A stretch of 64,000 nt of DNA from Macrostomum lignano (GCA_002269645.1 NIVC01002426.1:161492-225491), one strand, 5' to 3'; positions 21,850 through 51,000 are shown, numbered from the stretch's first letter. The notes: generated by a model from the letters alone, not told the origin. Program-made: numbers and translations.

Positions 21850-22532
21850 GGCAACTCACGGCAGAGTTTGCAGCGACTCTCTGGCTGCTGCTGGTCGGGG
21901 CGGAGGCGGTGGATTTTGCGACAGCTTCGTCTTTTGAGACGGCGGCATGAGCGGCTTTGGTTGCTTCTGCTGTTGCTGGGATGGAATTCTGTAGATGTAT
22001 GGGTTGCAAAGACCGGTTTGCAAATACACACTCTTGGAACGATACTTTGGCTTGAGGACAAATAAACAGATGGACAAACACACAAACAGACGCAGACAAC
22101 TCACGGTAGAGACTGTCTGGCTGCTGGTTGGGGCGGAGGCGGCGCATTTTGCGACACCTTTGCCTTCTGAGGCGGCGGCCGCCTAGAGACGGGAGCCGAG
22201 CCCGCGCCCCTGTTTCGCTTTCGCTTTTTATTAGACTTCTGCTTGTTGATCAGTTCCACAATAGCGCGAGAGGACTCCGTGACCACGCCGAAGCACCTGT
22301 AGCCGCCGCTGGACATTGGGTCCTGGCTGAGTCGGACCACATGCGGCAGGCCGGAAAGGTACTCCAGCAGAGTGCCCCGGCCTTGAAGGTCGAGCTGTTT
22401 TGAAGCCAGTACGCGATAATCTCTGAGCACTTCGCCAAGAGGCACGCCCTCCTTTGACGAGAGCAGCAGACAGCGGAGATTTACTTCTTGTTCTTCCTGG
22501 AATGCCAGCAGCGGTGACGATTTCCAGGGCAT
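20557..22532 (-). CDS. LOTUS plus degenerate extended-Tudor protein (TDRD5/Tejas-like); exons 22532-22105, 21988-21860, 21313-20557 (about 437 aa)
   Basis: Two phase-2 introns, each GTGAGTTG...CATCTACAG. The N-terminal eLOTUS is clear ([24 protein letters not shown]...[14 protein letters not shown]...[12 protein letters not shown]). The C-terminal segment resembles an extended Tudor fold ([18 protein letters not shown]...IVLMDW...LDQLIRLPP...LRLANLPP); the Tudor call is weaker than the LOTUS call. Confidence 0.72.
21364..21849. repeat. (GACA)n microsatellite in LOTUS-Tudor intron 2
   Basis: Direct. Confidence 0.97.
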
Positions 22533-22544
22533 CGACGAGCCACT

Positions 22545-22817
22545 GATGACCTAAGGGGAACTGATGACCTACTAAGGATCTCAGGGTACTGATTACATAC
22601 CTATGACCTAATTGATGACCTACTGATGAACTTAAGAGAAGCGATGACCCACTAATGACCTTAGGGGAATCGATGACCTATACTGATGACCTTAGGGGAT
22701 TCGATGACCTATACTGATGACCTTAGGGGATTCGATGACCTATACTGATGACCTTAGGGGATTCGATGACCTATACTGATGACCATAGGGGATTCGATGA
22801 CCTATACTGATGACCTT
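22545..22817. repeat. About 31-bp repeat (GATGACCTATACTGATGACCTTAGGGGATTC)
   Basis: Tandem units visible. Confidence 0.88.
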
Positions 22818-24495
22818 TTTAATTAGCTAATTCAATTAACGAAGGTCCAGATATAAAGCCAGAACCAACAAACTCGATATTTTGATTAAATTGCAAGACT
22901 TAAAAAAGATTGAATAACAAATCAAACAGTACTTTTTCAAGTGTCAATATGTACTGTCGAGGTGAAAGAATTATACTTATAAATAAATATAAATATAGCC
23001 TATTTTGATATAACTGGTTTTAGAAAACGTTCATACTTACACTTAATAAGCATATGTATTGATTAAGGTGATAACTGTGTCCAAATAATATAAGTAAGTA
23101 CAAAAGGAGCACATGTACTTTAAATATCTATTTTAGACTTTAGTACTACTACTACAGATATTATATAGAGCAATATATTAATATATAACACCATTTGATA
23201 TATTTCCCACTTTGAGTAGATCCATAAATATAGAAGTGTGCTATAAAAAGGTGCCATATAAAAGTGGATTAGAGCCAATTTGTTTACTTGTGGAAATAAA
23301 TAAGTATACATAAGTAATATAGCATCAATCGGTTGGTGCAACGATTGGCACTGCACAGACATAAAAACAATAACCAATAGAAATAATTAATTAACAAATC
23401 TTTTACAAGTCTAAATTTTGATGGAATGTTATAAGAAATTAATAAATAACTATTATGTGCTATCTTCAATATTAGAAAACACATCTAATCTGACTACTAA
23501 CAATCGGTTATCAACGAGTAGTATGGAAAGAAAACTTACACGTCAAACAGTTATAAATTTATTATATTAGTAATATCATATTAGTATTAGAATTACCGAA
23601 TAATAGTTTTTATTCACTAGAGTGTGCGAAGAACACAAAAAGTAAACACACAGACTACTATTAGTAGATTTCTAAAGGCGCAAATTTAAACTTAAGAATA
23701 ATTAAATAAAGCAATAGCAAGTGGCAAATAAAACAAAAAGCGGCTACTAAGAAACAGAACTGATGAGAAATAAAATGAGAATAAAACAAACCATAAAGCC
23801 GGCTTCATCTTGGAATGCTTTTAGAAGCAATGTCAATCTTCTTCTTCAACACTACATTCGTGCGCATATTAATAAAACTTGTTTCCGAATATTAAAATTA
23901 AAAAATTAACAAAGCATTTGTGCTGGATATCTTAACTGGCTACTGTGGAGAGTAGCCAGTGGCAAATATAACGTGAGTAAGTAGTGCTAAATATAAAAAA
24001 GATATTTGCTTTAGAAAAAAGCTTGGAATAAAGCGTGCAATGTGCGAAAAAAATAAAGAAATTACTACTGACAACAATTATAGTTGGTAGGTTGAAAAGA
24101 AAAAAATGTAATAAATGGTTATTATTTTAAGACATTTAAGCCAAAAAGGCCTATTAAAAACAGAAATATTGTGTAAATAAAATTTAAGACCAATGTCCTT
24201 ATCACACGCAAAGAACAAAAGTGGGGAAAAGTGGAAAATCAATATCCAATTATTTAGTTTGTGTTTTGTGCCTATTGGTCCTAAACATTATCCAGCTAAT
24301 AGAATGCTTTTAGAAACTCGTAGATTTTCTTTCCTTACATTTTTGAGAAACTCGCGTAGAAATATCCAAAACACTCCACTAATACTACTTTAGGGAACAA
24401 GTAGCTAAATTTGCTTATATATTTTTCTAAACCATAAAAAACTCAGAACAAGTTCATATATCCTACTGCCAGAAACGGTGCAATAAGTAGTATTT

Positions 24496-40191
<15,696 letters not shown>

Positions 40192-41833
40192 GGCTGACTT
40201 GCTGAGTCCAAGATAATGGTTTTTGAGCAAATCACAGCGACTTAAGAAGCCTCTTAGGGCTGGAAATTGAATAAAAGATAAATAAAGTTTTTAATATTAT
40301 ACCAAATTACCAATAATATACTCATTAATACTTGACATAAGATCTTGGTCCTTTTCCTGTTAGTAAAATAGAACTTTATTAAAAGTGCTAAATTTTAATA
40401 TAAAGCTTATGGGTAAAAAAAAATTCATGGCATAAAAATGACCAAATTAGCTAATGAAATGACTCTATAAATATTTGAAGACTAAACAAAAGGTAACAAA
40501 AAATAACAAATTCAAAACCATTTGATAAAATAGTTGATATTAAATAAGATCTATTTAGTCACTTCAACTAGCAAAGCATTTTATTAATTTAAATAAACAA
40601 TATTGCTAAGCACTAGCCCTACTTTTATATATGCCTAAATTAAATTTAAATTAAAATAAAAAAGCTTGATAAAAACATTGCAACTTATGAGTCAATATGA
40701 CATATATATAGGCCCTACAAATAAAATATACTTTTTGTCATGACTGGAGCTATTTCCTTTTCTTTATTTTTAGGGCTTAGGTAGCTATAATATATTACTA
40801 TCATAGATTCATTTCTAATCTTTATTTTTTGGAATCTATATACAAACTAAATTTATATTTATTTATTTTAGTTTATAGTTAAACAGTTGCTAGTTTTTAG
40901 TTATTGTTAAAAGTCAAATTAATATAAAACAAATTGTGCTTTATATTCTATTAATTAATTTAATCTTATATTATTACCATTTTGTATAGTAGCCTAAGGC
41001 TTGCTGCCCTATCTTAGTAGCTAGTCTTTGGGTTGGAATAAAATGGTTTCACACTAAGTTAAATGATGTTTTCCTTGCTATCTATAGCTACATATGCTGC
41101 AGCTTAATTAGTAATGTTGGTCAAAGTTCCCATACTCTTTTATCTTTAAAATGACATTTAGATAAATGTTGTAAATTAAATATTAAGAGATATGACCAAA
41201 AATACAAAAAAGCAAAAAATTCATTTATGGCAATCAAAAGGCACTAACCTGTAGTGTATTTTTCCTATCTGAAAAATACCATTTTTAAAACACAAAAAAT
41301 GTTATAACTTTTTATTCCTTGATCAAATTAGACAATTGAGACCATTATATAATGCTATTACTACTTTTCTATCAAATGTATATATCAAATATACAAAAAA
41401 ATTTAAAAACCTATTGGAGTCTTTACCAAAAGTTACTTATTTTAAAGTGGCACTCTGATTGTTTTTTAGAATGCTAGAATTATTTTTAAAAGCTTTTTTT
41501 ATTAATCTAATATTGTCAATGTTTAAAAATGAAAATTTAAGTGCCAAACTGGCAATTTAACATTAAACTTAGAGGTTTAGTGTATTTAGATATACCTCAA
41601 AAATGCAATTTTTAGATAATTTTATAATGATAAAAAAGATAATAATCAATAGATCATGTTGTTTTTTTAAGTTAGATTTTTTAAGTTGGAATAAAATCAT
41701 ACTTTTATGGTATCTATTAGGCCTATCTTGATCATGAATGAATGAATTATTGGTAATTTTGGCATCCATTTAAACAAGTTAATAGAATTACAGCTCTGGT
41801 GAAATACAAAATATTAATTAGGCAATATCATAT

Positions 41834-42017
41834 CAATGGCACAACTAGGGGGGAGGGTGAGGAGGCAATCACTCCCCTCCCCCTTAGTTAGAGACCAAAA
41901 AATCATAGGGAGGACCAAGCAATTTTTGCCAAAAACAGAGCCACCCCTCAACCCCTTCTCCTAGGTCTTTACCCTCAAGAAACCACCCCCTTCAAAAAAT
42001 TTCTAGTTGCACTACTA
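41834..42017. mobile_element. Degenerate MITE-like element of about 185 bp
   Basis: Imperfect terminal inverted repeats CAATGGCACAACTAG / CTAGTTGCACTACTA (10/15 match), G/C-run-rich interior, and GCAATATC near both flanks. Confidence 0.35.
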
Positions 42018-42738
42018 AGCAATATCTTAGGCTTTGATCCACTGTAAATTAAACTTTGTGGCCTCAAAAATGGTATGCAAATAAATTTTCTATGAGGATT
42101 GACAAATATTCTCCATTTGTTCTTTTTTGTTTTTTTGCTAATAAATTATTTTGTTCAACCCAACTAATACAGAAAAAGAACACGTTTAAAACAATCAACA
42201 TCCTTGCTTAAAAAGCTTAAAGTCTTATCTTATAAATAATGTATATTGTTACCTATTAAATATTTAATTATTGTTATTTAATTCCTGAAATTAGGATAGT
42301 TTAGATTAAATAAGTTTGATTACAAAAGTTTTGAGAATAACCCATGGCATTTGCCATTAGTCAAGATGAGACGACAAAAAGAAAACATTAAAAATCAATA
42401 CAATTTACAATATTTTAGTGTGGATATAGTTATTTTTATTATGAGTTTTGATACATTCGATTTTAATTTGCTGAAGATAGTTCAGAAAAAGCTCTTCTTT
42501 CTTTTTTGTTTAGAGGACCTACTTACCTACTTCGAAGAAATGGTCTGATTCCCACGAAGTTTCCATTAGTTAAATTTTTTACGTAACTCAATTTAACAAA
42601 CTTTGTACTAAATAGATAGTTTTGTTTTTAAGCCTGACCTTTTATTGTAAAATATGTAAGCAATAAATGCAAAACTTTTTGCAATGCAGTAACTGTTTTA
42701 ATGTTTTGATGTTCGATGTTTTGATGTTTGATGTTTTG

Positions 42739-42795
42739 AGTTGGACCAAGGACCACTAGAAGTAAGAAGAAGAAGAAGTGGTCCTTGAGTTGGAC
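42739..42795. mobile_element. 41-bp element (42747-42787) with 11-bp TIRs and an 8-bp TSD AGTTGGAC; micro-MITE
   Basis: AGTTGGAC-CAAGGACCACT-19 nt-AGTGGTCCTTG-AGTTGGAC, read directly. Confidence 0.78.
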
Positions 42796-43629
42796 ATGGC
42801 TCTGGCCTCTGGGATTTTTATTTCTAGCTACATCAACTTGCACTGTTGAGGAATTTGACGGTCGTTGTTCGCACATTTTATGCAGAACAAATAATTACTA
42901 CAAACAACGCATTGTTGTAGGATCCTCAACAGACAAAAACTGCAAAGAATCAGCGGTCACGCGCACTGGGACCGCTAATTATTTATCCATTGTGTGTTTG
43001 ATCGAATTTCTGCCTCGAGGCGATATTTTTCAGATCTTTTTAAGCCTATATGGCCATACAGTCCTTTAAATGATTTCACTACTGCGCTTTCATGTACAAT
43101 CATATTACCTAAAACTTCTTACGCAGTGCAATATGCACAGCGTAGAATGGTCGCTACCCTTAAGGTAAAAAAGTTCGAAAAAAGTTTCACAAATTTTTTA
43201 CGTACGATTTCGTTTATTTGTCAAGCGGGCGAGCGGGCATGATACGACGAGAGAGAGGATAAAAAATCATTACATGTATGTAATATACCACGGTAATTAA
43301 AATAGCTATTCATGCTTGTACGCCAAATGTAATTCCAAAAGTATGTGCATGTTGTTAGTGCAACATTAAATTTGAAATATAATGAAAATCGACCTCGTGT
43401 ATATTTTTAATATACAATACATTAATAACCTACAATATAGATCGCTGCTGAATCGCTCCTCTTGTAACAGGTACCCGTGCAGGATGAAGAACTATAGTGT
43501 CTCTACATTGTCCAGGTTAAAAGTAACTATAGATACGGAGTTAAGCGATCTAAAATCGTTTATTAGCGTTCAGCAGCTTTCGCTTCGCTGCCAGAGAGTA
43601 GCGAATATGCTAAAAAGAATGTACATTAG

Positions 43630-43953
43630 CTACTCGTAGTCAATTTTCAGGTCAAGGCGCAGATCTTTGCAGCGCCTGAAATAGGCCGAGTAGCTGGACA
43701 GGCCCTGAAACCAGGTCTTCACGTCGTCGTTGCATCCCGGATCGCAGATGCTGGCCTCGGCTCGATTGCATTTGCACTCCTTGCCGCAGATGTTTGTATA
43801 GGTGAAGCTGGAGCCTTTGATTTTGCACAGCAGAACCGGATGGAAACAAGCCGGAACATTGTCGTCCTCGAGGGAAAGCTGGAAGGATGGCTCCGGCAGG
43901 ACTGAAAGCAGCAGACCAAAGCACAGAAGCAGTGAGACTGTAGCAGTTTTCAT
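43630..43953 (-). CDS. Small secreted cysteine-rich protein (107 aa; signal peptide plus 8 Cys; Kazal-like motif)
   Basis: Single GC-rich ORF in AT-rich flanks with ATG after AAAA context. Hydrophobic N-terminus MKTATVSLLLCFGLLLSVLP. The mature part has 8 Cys. A splice acceptor lies upstream at 44042/44041. Confidence 0.7.
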   Translation of the reverse strand: MKTATVSLLLCFGLLLSVLPEPSFQLSLEDDNVPACFHPVLLCKIKGSSFTYTNICGKECKCNRAEASICDPGCNDDVKTWFQGLSSYSAYFRRCKDLRLDLKIDYE

Positions 43954-44717
43954 TTTGACAGTGCAGTTTTTTGCAGTTTTGCTGTTTTTAGTTAACACCG
44001 GCTGCAAACAATTAACTAGATAGTTTCTGCTAGCTGAAGCCTGCACTGATATGTAGGCCTCTAACCAACCCTGCCTGCTGCAGTCACGCAGAGCTTTGAG
44101 GATTGGCTAAACATGCAATCAAGGGGTTTTTGGGGTTCGGTCGCCATCAGCTTAGTTCTGGTTTACCAAGCAAATTGTATAGTCAGCATCTTTCTTCACT
44201 GCATCAGTCAAGATTTACCATCTAGCTAGCTAGCTAAGTCAAGGTCAAGTTTTTAGCTGCATGCAAAGTAATTATAGACGCGCAGAAGATGGAGAGGAAA
44301 GGAGAAACCTGGAACTGCAATTTGTTCTTGTATTCTAGCTATCAACACTTGTAGCAAGCCCAACAGCTTACACTTCTTCACTTCCTGTGTTGGGCGAAGA
44401 ATCTCGAAATTCTTGCATTTTTACCGGACTTGCGCTACATGTACAAGATGATGCATGTAGAAACTGATGGTGGAAACCAGCAACGGAAGAAGTGAAAAAA
44501 ATGAATGATTTTACAGTATATACATAAAACGCTTTGTTGAGTTATTATTTTGAAAAATATCAAATCTTTCAGTAGAGCAACGTTACGAAACTGCGAACTG
44601 CTGACGTATTTCATTTGTCTATTTACAAAAAGCTGTTAAATATGCATGTAGAAAGATAAAAATTGAATAAAATTTCCAATATCAGCACAACATTACGAGC
44701 GTATCGATGTACACGAT

Positions 44718-45848
44718 CTGGCAGATTAGGGCGATTCCCTGTGGCAGATTAGGGCGATTCCCTGTGGCAGATTAGGGCGATTCCCCGTGGCAGATTAGGG
44801 CAATTCCCCGTGGCAGATTAGGGCGATTCCCCGTGGCAGATTAGGGCGATTCCCCGTGGCAGATTAGGGCGATTCCCCGTGGCAGATTAGGGCAATTCCC
44901 TGCGGCAGATTAGGGCGATTCCCTGTGGCAGATTAGGGCGATTCCCTGTGGAAGATTAGGGCGATTCCCTGTGGCAGATTAGGGCGATTCCCTGTGGCAG
45001 ATTAGGGCGATTCCCTGCGGCAGATTAGGGCGATTCCCTGTGGCAGATTAGGGTGATTTCTGTGGCAGATTAGGGCGAATCCCTGTGGCAGATTAGGGCA
45101 TCCCTGTGGCAGGTTAGGGCGATTTCTATGGCAGATTAGGGCGATTCCCTGCGGCAGATTAGGGCAATTCCCTGTGGCAGATTAGGGCAATTCCCTGTGG
45201 CAGATTAGGGCAATTCCCTGTGGCAGATTAGGGCGATTCCCTGTGGCAGATTAGGGCAATTCCCTGTGGCAGATTAGGGCAATTCCCTGTGGCAGATTAG
45301 GGCGATTCCCTGTGGCAGGTTAGGGCGATTTCTATGGCAGATTAGGGCGATTCCCTGCGGCAGATTAGGGCAATTCCCTGTGGCAGATTAGGGCGAATCC
45401 CTGTGGCAGATTAGGGCGATTCCCTGTGGCAGGTTAGGGCGATTTCTATGGCAGATTAGGGCGATTCCCTGCGGCAGATTAGGGCAATTCCCTGTGGCAG
45501 ATTAGGGCAATTCCCTGTGGCAGATTAGGGCGATTCCCTGCGGCAGATTAGGGCGATTCCCTGCGGCAGATTAGGGCGATTCCCTGTGGCAGATTAGGGC
45601 GATTCCCTGCGGCAGATTAGGGCAATTCCCAGTGGAAGATTAGGGCGATTCCCTGCGGCAGATTAGGGCAATTCCCTGTGGCAGATTAGGGCGATTCCCT
45701 GCGGCAGATTAGGGCAATTCCCAGTGGAAGATTAGGGCGATTCCCTGTGGCAGATTAGGGCAATTCCCTGTGGCAGATTAGGGCGATTCCCTGCGGCAGA
45801 TTAGGGCAATTCCCAGTGGAAGATTAGGGCGATTCCCTGTGGCAGATT
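44718..45848. repeat. 23-bp minisatellite (GGCAGATTAGGGCGATTCCCTGT)
   Basis: Period read directly. Confidence 0.95.
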
Positions 45849-46649
45849 ACGCCTGCAACTTACCGTATTTTACAAACTCGAGTTTAGAAAAATAAAAGTC
45901 CGACACGGGATGGATTGTGGGAAGAAAAAAAGAAAATGCTCGATTAGGGATAGAATTATCAGATTAAAATATAAGTATATGATCAAGGCACAAAGTGCAT
46001 CGAATGAAAACTCAAGATACAAAATAAGCATAAAAGTGATGCATCAGCTATAACTTTTTCTTATAAAAAAATCAGCCGAAATAATTTTGTTCGAAAGAAA
46101 ACGCCAACCAAATTACTTACAGTAGCGTAGAATGCCTACTGAATAAGATATTGAATGAAGTGACTCGCTAATAATAAAGTAATTATAAGGGGAAATGCTG
46201 ACACAGGAACTGTATAAAACTTACAATAAAATTTAGAAGAGACTCATGTACATAATAAATCAAACAATTTACAGGACTAGATTAAATAGGTAAACCGGAT
46301 ACGAAAAAAGATCATATGTTATGCTATGATATTGACAGTTTTTAAATAAAATATTCCAAGGAAATGAAACCGCGTTCAGCTGTGTAAATAATTGGATACT
46401 TTAATCGACACAGGTAACTGAAAACTGTGCAAATTTGAGATTCTTTTATAAATACGAGCTAATTTCAGCTAAAACTTACAATTAATTATGAAGCTTATAG
46501 CGAATTGAATAAAAGAATTATGAAAACACTCTCGAATGATCTAAAGCAATCATGAAGACTTTCTGGAGTAATTAAAGAAGGCATGGCTATTCACTTGTCC
46601 ATGTACTAAAAATATAATCTAAATGATGTTGGAGTGATGACCAGTTACT

Positions 46650-48073
46650 GAAGAATCTGAGGGAGCCAAGATGACTTAATAATGAGGGAGCCATGACAAC
46701 TGAAGAATCTGAGAGGGAGCCATGACAACTGAAGAATCTGAGTGAGAGCCATGACAACTGAAGAATCTGAGAGGGAGCCATGACAACTGAAGAATCTGAG
46801 TGAGAGCCATGACAACTGAAGAATCTGAGAGAGAGCCATGACAACTGAAGAATCTGAGTGAGAGCCATGACAACTGAAGAATCTGAGTGACAGCCATGAC
46901 AACTGAAGAATCTGAGAGAGAGCCATGACAACTGAAGAATCTGAGTGAGAGCCATGACAACTGAAGAATCTGAGTGACAGCCATGACAACTGAAGAATCT
47001 GAGAGAGAGAGCCATGACAACTGAAGAATCTGAGTGAGAGCCATGAGAACTGAAGAATCTGAGGGAGAGCCATGACAACTGAAGAATCTGAGTGAGAGCC
47101 ATGAGAACTGAAGAATCTGAGAGAGAGCCATGACAACTGAAGAATCTGAGTGAGAGCCATGAGAACTGAAGAATCTGAGAGAGAGCCATGACAACTGAAG
47201 AATCTGAGTGAGAGCCATGAGAACTGAAGAATCTGAGAGAGAGCCATGACAACTGAAGAATCTGGGCGAGAGCCATGACAACTGAAGAATCTGAGGGAGA
47301 GCCATGACAACTGAAGAATCTGAGGGAGAGCCATGACAACTGAAGAATCTGAGTGACAGCCATGACAACTGAAGAATCTGGGCGAGAGCCATGACAACTG
47401 AAGAATCTGAGTGAGAGCCATGACAACTGAAGAATCTGGGCGAGAGCCATGACAACTGAAGAATCTGAGGGAGAGCCATGACAACTGAAGAATCTGAGAG
47501 AGAGCCTTGATAACTGAAGAATCTGAGGGAGCCATGACAACTGAAGAATCTGAGAGAGAGCCTTGATAACTGAAGAATCTGAGGGAGCCATGACAACTGA
47601 AGAATCTGGGCGAGAGCCATGAGAACTGAAGAATCTGAGTGAGAGCCATGAGAACTGAAGAATCTGAGAGAGAGAGAGAGCCATGACAACTGAAGAATCT
47701 GAGGGAGAGCCATGACAACTGAAGAATCTGGGCGAGAGCCATGACAACTGAAGAATCTGAGGGAGAGCCATGACAACTGAAGAATCTGAGAGAGAGCCTT
47801 GATAACTGAAGAATCTGAGGGAGCCATGACAACTGAAGAATCTGAGAGAGAGCCTTGATAACTGAAGAATCTGAGGGAGCCATGACAACTGAAGAATCTG
47901 AGAGAGAGCCTTGATAACTGAAGAATCTGAGGGAGCCATGACAACTGAAGAATCTGAGAGAGAGCCTTGATAACTGAAGAATCTGAGGGAGCCATGACAA
48001 CTGAAGAATCTGGGCGAGAGCCATGACAACTGAAGAATCTGAGTGAGAGCCTTGATAACTGAAGAATCTGAGA
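46650..48073. repeat. About 29-31-bp minisatellite (GAGCCATGACAACTGAAGAATCTGAGTGA)
   Basis: Tandem units visible; source of the spurious 459-628 aa ORFs. Confidence 0.95.
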
Positions 48074-48090
48074 GTAAAACAGCTGACTAA

Positions 48091-51000
48091 TCAACTCGGC
48101 AACAGGCCAGCCTCGAGAAGGCCCGCAGGCGGTGGGACCGCCATATTTGGCATTGCGGCCACCCTGGCGCTGAGCAGATCTGAGCAGCCAAGCATTTGCT
48201 GGTTCCTTCTGGCCAGCTCTGTGGCATAAGCCAGATCCGACTGATCTCGCTGTCCAGCATCCTCGCCATGCTGCATCGGGGACCAGATTTTCACATCGCG
48301 CTCCATGCCGCTGGTTGCTAGGCACAATAATTGAGGATGCGCGGCAACCCTGTTCACCAGGCATTGGTCCGCTTGTCGAGCAGCAATCAAGCTTGAGTCG
48401 GAGATTCGCCAGACCATCAGATGGCCGCAGTCGCTGCCAGATAAAATGTGCTCGGAGCCCCAGAACGTGGCTTGTTGAATGCAGGTTCGAGAGTTTCTGT
48501 GACCGCGATACTCTCTGAGCAGGGCATAGCCAGCTGGACTTGACGAGCTGAAAATGATGCACATTTTTACTGCTAGATAGAATCAGAGTTTTGCGTACGA
48601 GTCACTGAATGATCAGAAAAATGAGTCACTGAATGATCAGAGGATATGAGTCACTGAATGATCAGAGGATATGAGTCACTGAATGATCAGAGGGATATGA
48701 GACACTGAATGATCAGAGGATATGAGTCACTGAATGATCAGAGGATATGAGTCACTGAATGATCAGAGGGATATGAGACACTGAATGATCAGAGGGATAT
48801 GAGTCACTGAATGATCAGAGGGATATGAGACACTGAATGATCAGAGGGATATGAGTCACTGAATGATCAGAGGGATATGAGTCACTGAATGATCAGAGGG
48901 ATATGAGTCACTGAATGATCAGAGGGATATGAGACACTGAATGATCAGAGGGATATGAGACACTGAATGATCAGAGGGATATGAGTCACTGAATGATCAG
49001 AGGATATGAGTCACTGAATGATCAGAGGATATGAGTCACTGAATGATCAGAGGATATGAGTCACTGAATGATCAGAGGATATGAGTCACTGAATGATCAG
49101 AGGGATATGAGTCACTGAATGATCAGAGGATATGAGTCACTGAATGATCAGAGGATATGAGTCACTGAATGATCAGAGGGATATGAGTCACTGAATGATC
49201 AGAGGATATGAGTCACTGAATGATCAGAGGATATGAGTCACTGAATGATCAGAGGGATATGAGTCACTGAATGATCAGAGGGATATGAGTCACTGAATGA
49301 TCAGAGGGATATGAGACACTGAATGATCAGAGGGATATGAGTCACTGAATGATCAGAGGGATATGAGTCACTGAATGATCAGAGGATATGAGTCACGGAA
49401 TGATCAAAGGGATATGAGACACTGAATGATCAGAGGGATATGAGTCACTGAATGATCAGAGAGATATGAGACACTGAATGATCAGAGGGATATGAGTCAC
49501 TGAATGATCAGAGGGATATGAGCCACTGAATGATCAGAGGGATATGAGTCACTGAATGATCAGAGGGATATGAGTCACTGAATGATCAGAGGGATATGAG
49601 ACACTGAATGATCAGAGGGATATGAGACACTGAATGATCAGAGGGATATGAGACACTGAATGATCAGAGGGATATGAGTCACTGAATGATCAGAGGGATA
49701 TGAGTCACTGAATGATCAGAGGGATATGAGTCACTGAATGATCAGAGGATATGAGTCACTGAATGATCAGAGGGATATGAGACACTGAATGATCAGAGGG
49801 ATATGAGACACTGAATGATCAGAGGGATATGAGTCACTGAATGATCAGAGGGATATGAGTCACTGAATGATCAGAGGGATATGAGTCACTGAATGATCAG
49901 AGGGATATGAGACACTGAATGATCAGAGGGATATGAGTCACTGAATGATCAGAGGGATATGAGTCACTGAATGATCAGAGGGATATGAGACACTGAATGA
50001 TCAGAGGGATATGAGACACTGAATGATCAGAGGGATATGAGTCACTGAATCATAAAGTCAGTAAAAATTATCACATTAATAAGCCATGGAATAAGTCGCT
50101 AAACCATCGGTAGAAGCTCAGACTAAAAGCTAAAAGAACAGAACCAACCTGCAGGCTATCTCAGCGTCTTTGCTTGACCCGGCCGCCACGTCGAACAGGC
50201 AAATGGAGCCGCCAGCATAAGAGGCCAACAGTCTATGGCCAGAATGGTCAAATTCTAAGCTGCTAATTCGGCAATTACTGCCAGCTGATTTCTGAGCAGT
50301 CCTGCTCAGCCAGACCGGCTCAGCTGAGGGCAGGCGGCGACGATCGAATTCCAAAATTTCTCCGTCCCGTGTGGCAACAAAGAGGCGACGTCCGGCGCTG
50401 ATTGGATGAAGAGCGGCGGCTGTGTAGCCAGAGGGGCTGTATTGCGAAGTGAGTTTGGGCAATTGGTTTTTAGGCTCTTTAGTTGAAACTTTTTTTCGAT
50501 CAATTTTTTGGTTAATGAATGACCCGAAGGTTTATCAGGGCACCCCTGATATAAATTGAATAAGATTCAAATAAATTGCTATGTGCGCACACATACACCA
50601 AGGACCACTATAATATAACAGGAAGTAAAACTCTAAGATCGTACAATCTTTGAGGCCGATTTCTTGGAAAAAATACACTGCGGAGATAGGGAAAAATAGA
50701 CGAAGATCGTTATTCTAATTTAGCATGCACAGCATGTTAATCTGCTGTATCTTATATAGCTGTGTAGTGAAAGTTTCATTATTATATTAATATTCTTTTT
50801 ATTGATAGATTTATGTCTCTGCCCCCCCCCTGACGTGAATCCTGGCTATGCGCCTGATTGCACTTGCACTTGCGAGTATTTAAAATTTTGGGCCAATAAA
50901 ATATAACAGAATAACATGTTGTGTATGCTTAATTAAAATAATAGTAATCTTCACAGCCCCAGATCAAATGCGATAATTTATTTTGGAATGAAAAATGACT

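Noticed and set aside
22545-22817. CTGATGA in the 31-bp repeat as a hammerhead ribozyme core or C/D snoRNA box
   Set aside because: No GAAA partner or stems, and no box C/D terminal-stem arrangement.
42785-43069. ORF with a hydrophobic start resembling a secreted peptide
   Set aside because: It begins at TTG inside the micro-MITE/TSD, has no in-frame ATG, and has an AT-rich non-coding-like composition.
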